54,613 bases of DNA from assembly GCF_001194135.2 (NCBI RefSeq), contig NC_068986.1:59435085-59489697 (forward strand), given 5' to 3'. Origin of the DNA: Octopus bimaculoides (lineage: Eukaryota). Positions within the stretch are counted from its first letter, which is position 1. Each line of letters starts with the position of its first letter. Shown here one piece after another: positions 49,121 through 54,613 of the stretch. The position numbers and the translations under genes are program-made. The notes beneath the pieces are model-generated. The model made no database searches. It saw only the letters and a program-made list of their open reading frames with translations, and was not told the origin of the DNA.

Positions 49121-50820
49121 TATATATATATACACACACATCATTGTTCATCTTCATCCTTATACATACATACACACACATGCATGCGTGTGTGTGTGAA
49201 TATACTTTCTCTCTCCATATGTATAATTATTACTAGAATATGCAGACAGATACATATGTAAATGGATCTCCCATTGGTTTTGACAAAGTGTTTTCAGTTG
49301 GTTGATTAGCCTCCTCATTGAATTATCATTTAAGTGGTTGAGTATTCTGTAGGCTTATGTCCCCACAATATAACTGTCAGACAGAATTAGTGTAACACTT
49401 TACATTAAGGTTGAAGGCTGAGACTTTGAATTACAGATACTGTCCATCCAATAGGCTTCTACACAATTTCCATCAATCCAGATTTACTCATACGATATGG
49501 GTTAACCTGAGACAATGGTAAAAGATATATATGCAAGATGGTACACAGTAAAACAAAATCCAGGACTCATGATTGCAAAGGAAACTTCTAATCCATTTGA
49601 TCATGCTAATTCCACTATACACGTGCATACACACACACACACAAATGTAGACATACATTGATATAGATACTACAAACTAAGAGAAACCCTCTTCAAATTT
49701 ATGAGGAACCCTCTATTATTGCTTGAAATAGTAGCCAAATCTCTCTCAAATCATATCCTTCTGTTTTTAAAAAAAGGAAAGGATGCATTAGATATTATGA
49801 ATCTGAATATCCCTAGTAAGAAAGGGTGGTTAGGGCTTGAATGCTTTCAGCATAAATCTGTTCAATCAGGGTTGAACTAGAGCTAAACAAAACAACTTGA
49901 GCAGTAGCAACAGAAATTATCCATGTGCTGGTTATATACACAACACACTAGAGATAAAATATAAAACAACCAAGCTCTTCACTTGTAGTCTGGTTTGTAT
50001 TTTTGTCTCTAACAACTTTCATTCAAACATCCACTCACTGGCAAAAATATTGAAATTTAACTGGTTCAGTGCATCTGTGAGCAGACACCATGCAGAAGCA
50101 CATCTCATTGCACCAGCAACAGAGTGAATGTACCCACAATAATGTCAACAAGTGTTCATTTTTAGTTTTGAGTTATAACCTTTCTCGGGAATATTTACAA
50201 CATACTTAACAAGTAGTGTGGACATGCTCCAGCAACATCTGAAGCCACTGTTTGAACTGATTGAGTTTGTACTTCAAGACTTCTAATCCCTAGCCAGTGC
50301 TGCAATAGGCTCTAAGAGGGAGAAAGAATGAGAAAGAGAGAGGTGGAAGAGATCTTTGATCTCTTCCACTATTATGTTCCCTTTCACTAAAATCAGAAGT
50401 TATTGCACTGTTGTTATTGTATTCAAATTCAATACTTGGGATCACCATTATTGCTATTGTATCCTGGATTCAAGTGGGTCTTACAGCATTCACCCTCCTT
50501 CAACTGACCTGGCCTAGATTGATCAAGCTGAGGCTTGTGTTCAAATAGCATTTTACTGCTTTCTCAGCAGCTTCTACATTTTTTAGAATTAGGTTCAATC
50601 AACAATCATTACCATTACATTTTGAAAGAAATTTCTTTTCTGCAGTAATTTTTATCTGACATTCATTTTTATATATTTAAGTCATGATAATCTTCTGTCT
50701 TGCATGGTTCATCTTTCATTTCTCATAACTAAGCCTTTTCCAATGATAAATAGCAATCAAACTCCCTCTCCCTTAAATCATATCAAACTGTCTTAAAAAA
50801 AAGAATAGTGGGGACATATT

Positions 50821-51035
50821 CTTTTCTACTCTAGGTACAAGGCCTGAAATTTTTGGGTAGGTGGCCAGTCGATTGGATTGACTCCAGTACGCAACTGGTA
50901 CTTAATTTATTGACCCGGAAAAGATGAAAGACAATGTCGACCTCGGCAGAATTTGAACTCAGAACATAAAGACAAATGAAATACCACGAAGCATTTCGCC
51001 CAGTGTGTTAACGTTTCTGCCAGCTTGCTGCCTTA
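50821..51035 (-). mobile_element. SINE family B (tail type 1) with 7-bp TSD, inserted into a family C repeat
   Basis: ACATATT at 50814-50820 and 51036-51042 flanks a complete copy. Family C sequence resumes on both sides. Confidence 0.85.
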
Positions 51036-51659
51036 ACATATTAAACAATGTAATCCTAGCTAGACTATGATTTAAAAATGAATGGGTACTCATGGCAGGA
51101 ATATCTTTGATCAAGGCTGATTTAAAGTTAAATTACAAAAACAACACAGCAACCATCACTTTTTTCCTTCTTTATTCTTAATGAACTAATGAAAATTCTC
51201 CCCATTATAACTTTACCTATTAGAAACAACAGCTACATCTCTCTCAATTTATTTTCTACTACCTTAAGAAAAGGCTACATTGGTTAATGTAGTTACAGGT
51301 GTAGTATATAATGTAGCTAGATATTTGAATAAAAGACATGATGGTCATGTCTAAAATACATTTGATCATTGATCAGGATGGACTACAAAAGCAACCATTT
51401 TTACAATCTATCAAAAGACAATCTAGCTATCAGGTTTATGTTCCTTTGCCTTAAAGTTTGATTTGAAGAAAATTAGACTAATTCACTATTAAAATTTAAT
51501 GTCAACAAAATCTTCTGTCACTTCTATTCTAATCTTGTGAATATTTAGCAAGATACCTCAGCTGAAATCAGATGTTGTAATAGATATTACTTGATTTTGT
51601 ATTTACCATGTTTTCTGTTTTTCTGTCACAGAAGAAGCTAAAGTTTGTGTGATAACTAT

Positions 51660-52450
51660 TCAATCTGGAGACAATGGAATCCTCCAGTTCAACAAAAGGA
51701 ATTTGTCCAAATGCTTGCATTTGCTAAAAATTTTAGATCCCAAATCAAATAGTGTGGTAAAATTCTTGAATCTAAAAAGTGTGTGTAACCTTTCATATGC
51801 GTAACTTACATCTCTTTGGTCAATTTATATATTGTGTAGATTTCTCCACAATTCTCCACTTGATTGTATGTGGTGTACAGTTGGTCTTTAGATCCTAAAC
51901 ATGCCTAGCCAACTGAGTGGTTTTATGTTTTTCAATGTGTTGGGAAGAAGACTGCTGGTTTGCATAATGGCTATTTAAAATAACTGACATAACTTTTCTT
52001 CTTGATTATATTGTCTTGGAGCACTGCTGTAATTTTAGCTTCATAACCAATTGCATTTGTCAAACATGCCTGATCAAGCAGGCAAGCTTCAGGATCTCAA
52101 CAGTTACAACTGTGAGTGAGCTCTTTGTGCGACTTACATGTGATAATGTCTTTCATATTGGGGTACAAGCTAGATTATTTACGATTTCTACAGATGAAGA
52201 GATGAAGATCATAGTTTTCTTACCCCTTTTCCTTCCTTCTCATTCCACTTTTTGCAACAAACTTCTTTACTTTTTCCTTATTGTTTTTCTCATGTTTTCT
52301 CATAAAGCAGCATTCTGGGATTTTCAAATACATCTAACAATATGTACTGAGTCTGAAAGATTGCTTGGGTATGCATGGCAAGTTATTTAAATCTACCAAA
52401 TTATTGTATCTCTACAGCATGAAACTATTAGTAGCTCTTTTGTAAACTGT
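51660..52450 (-). mobile_element. Second Penelope-like (Naiad-type) relic: zinc-finger plus GIY-YIG C-terminus
   Basis: Minus-strand CTPNMKDII, SCNC*DPEACLLDQACLTNAIGYEAKIT, HYANQQSS..TTQLARHV*DLK..TIKWRIVEKS..KRCKL, and SKIFSKCKHLDKFLLLN ending at a stop at ~51660. Confidence 0.75.
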
Positions 52451-53261
52451 GTATATTAAATGATATTTATCTCTCACTGGAGACAGCATTTTTTCATTGA
52501 TCCTACTGGAGCAATAAACTATATATCTATATATGCAATCAAGCAGTGCAACTAAGCTGATGTGTGGAGGAGAGGCAGCTGCTTTAATATGGACATGTAA
52601 TCTGAAAGAGTAGGAAAATATTTGGGTACTGACTTGCTTCAGAAGAGGAAGTTACTTCTGAAGATGTTAGGTCTCATAGGAGAATTGACAAACAGAGAAT
52701 GACAGTCTGATGCATTGAAACAAAGGCAATGTATTTAAACAAACATATGGTAACAAAACAGTTAAATATATGCATTCCAACAGAAGTGCACTTTGTCTCT
52801 CATTCCCTGGGATCAATGAAATATCAGTCAAGCAAAAGGAGTTACATTTGAGTCACAACTGGTGTTAAACCTCTTAAAGGAATTGATGTTAAAACAGTAA
52901 TGATGATATGATAATGAGGATAATCATGATTTATAATCCACCTTTTTATTTTATCTTTAATCCACTTCTTTATTTTATAGTTATTTGGTACAAATTTTTT
53001 TGTCAGATTTCTAATATCTGATGTACTGAAATCAATAAGTTCAACTAAAAATTCTTTAAAGTGGTGCCCCAGCATGACTACAGTCTAATGACTGAAACAA
53101 GTAAAAGAATGAAATTATTGTGTAAGCCAGACATAAAACATTCCAGGTGATATATATAAAAGATGTTGCTTTTATATAGTATCTCACTTCCTTAGTTATT
53201 AAATATATGCATTTCAGCAGAGGTTAACTTTGCCTTTCATCCATCCGGGATATATATATGC

Positions 53262-53470
53262 TTTTATTCTTTTGATTGTTTCAGTCTTTTGACTGCAGCC
53301 ATGCTGGAGCACCATCTTTAGTTGAAGAATTCAACTCCAGGACTTATTCTTTCTAAGCCTAGTACTTATTTTATTGGTTCCTTTTGCCAAACCAATAAGT
53401 TACAGGGACGTAAACACACCAACATCAGTTGTCAAGTGACGGTGGGGGGACATACACAGATGCACAAACA
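53262..53470 (-). mobile_element. SINE family A, 3' half
   Basis: TTGTTTCAGTC..TTGACTGCAGCCATGCTGGAGCACC..AAGCCTAGTACTTATT..GGGACGTAAACACACCAAC..TTGTCAAG. Confidence 0.8.
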
Positions 53471-53489
53471 TATACATATATGCATATAT

Positions 53490-54410
53490 ATCATCATCAT
53501 CGTTTAATGTCCGCTTTCCATGCTAGCATGGGTTGGACAATTTGACTGAGGACTGGTGAACCGGATGGCTGCACCAGACTCCAATCTGATCTGGCAGAGT
53601 TTCTACAGCTGGATGCCCTTCTTAACGTCAACCACTCTGAGAGTGTAGTGGGTGCTTTTACGTGCCACCGGCACGAGGGCCAGTCATGCGGTACTGGCAA
53701 CGGCCACGCTCAAAATGGTGTTTTTTACATGCCACCTGCACAGGAGCCAGTCCAGCAGCACTGGCAATGACCTCGCTTGGATGATTTTCTAATGTGCCAC
53801 CGGCACAAGTGCCAGTAAGGCAACGCTAGTAACGATCACGCTCATATGGTGTATTTACGTGCCACTAGCACGGAAGCCAGACAGCTGCTCTGGCAATGAT
53901 CACACTCGGACAGTGCTGTTAGTGCTCCACTGGCACAGGTGCCAGTCATCAAATATGGTTCAATTACCATTTCGATTTCACTTGCCCCAACAGGTCTTCG
54001 CAAGCAGAGTTTAGTGTCCAATGAAGGAGAGGTTGGCATGGGTGCCAGTCCTCGAATTTGGTTCGATTTCGATTTCAAATTCACTTGCCTCAACAGGGCT
54101 TCGCAAGCAGAGTTTAGTGTCCAATGAAGTAAAGATACAAATAAGTGAGCTGGCTACACTTCTGGCAGAGGCCACAGATTATGCTCTCACTTGGTTTGCC
54201 GGGTCTTCTCATGTACTGCATATTTCCAAAGGTCCTGGTCACTAGCCATTGCCTCGGTGAGGCCTAAAGTTCGAATGTTGTGCTTCACCACCTCATCCCA
54301 GGTCTTCCTGGGTGTACCTCTTCCACAGATTCCCTCAACTGCTAGGGTGTGGCACTTTTTCACACAGCTATCCACATCCATTCTTGCCACATGTCCGTGC
54401 AAGCATAATC
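53490..54410 (-). mobile_element. RTE LINE 3' end: last ORF codons, repeat-containing 3' UTR and (GAT)n tail
   Basis: GHVARMDVDSCVKKCHTLAVEGICGRGTPRKTWDEVVK, tandem GTGCCAC..GCAC units at ~53660-53945, a ~57-bp duplication at ~53971/54070, and the tail TCATCATCATCGTTTAA. Confidence 0.9.
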
Positions 54411-54613
54411 GTCTCTCTTATATATATATATATATATATATAGGAAAATGAAAAAAAGCCAGAATGCTGAACTGGAAGCATATTTTAATAAAGATTTTTT
54501 CTAACCGGTTTTCATTGCGAAGAAGCAAATTATCAAGAAGAAGGAGAATGAAAACGTTTTTTTACAAAGAAGTACAAAATGAAGAAAATAATATATAAAA
54601 CAATAATATATAA

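Noticed and set aside
51500-51580. Possible decayed hammerhead downstream of the minus-strand PLE (CUGAGGU-AUCUUG..CAAGAU)
   Set aside because: The core A9 and GAAA are not intact and no stem I pairs; too degenerate to support.
51632-51804. Apparent plus-strand exon (TTTTCTGTCACAG|, 57 open codons EAKVCVITIQSGDNG...)
   Set aside because: The opposite strand encodes the terminal SKCKHLDKFLL motif of the Penelope-like relic, so this is antisense TE sequence.
51800-52130. In-frame TGA codons in the PLE relic as possible selenocysteine recoding
   Set aside because: The TGAs are not at conserved Cys positions, TAG stops and frameshifts also occur, and no SECIS was identified; ordinary decay explains them.

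Overview
AT-rich eukaryotic genomic DNA, almost certainly from an octopus (inferred from recognisable octopod SINE families, RTE LINE tails ending in (GAT)n and abundant CA/TA/AAT microsatellites). It contains four N-gaps. There is one convincing host coding sequence: a minus-strand RING-HC (TRIM-type) E3 ubiquitin ligase ORF at 10664-11098 inside a CpG-rich, promoter-like zone. It either splices at 10837 or reads through into a hydrophobic tail. The rest is a dense transposon graveyard: about 15 tRNA-derived SINE copies of two families, several RTE LINE pieces, an R4/Dong-type RLE retroposon inside an (AAT)n tract, two Penelope-like (Naiad-type) relics, four mariner derivatives, a Tc1 IR/DR element, at least three hAT lineages, a piggyBac-type MITE, other MITEs and Helitron-like ends. 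The most notable structure is a near-canonical minimal type-I hammerhead ribozyme (37381-37425) attached to a ~355 bp palindrome. No rRNA, tRNA or CRISPR array was seen. Most other listed ORFs are microsatellite or antisense-TE artefacts. All family assignments come from motif recognition by eye, not database searches, and TE boundaries are approximate.
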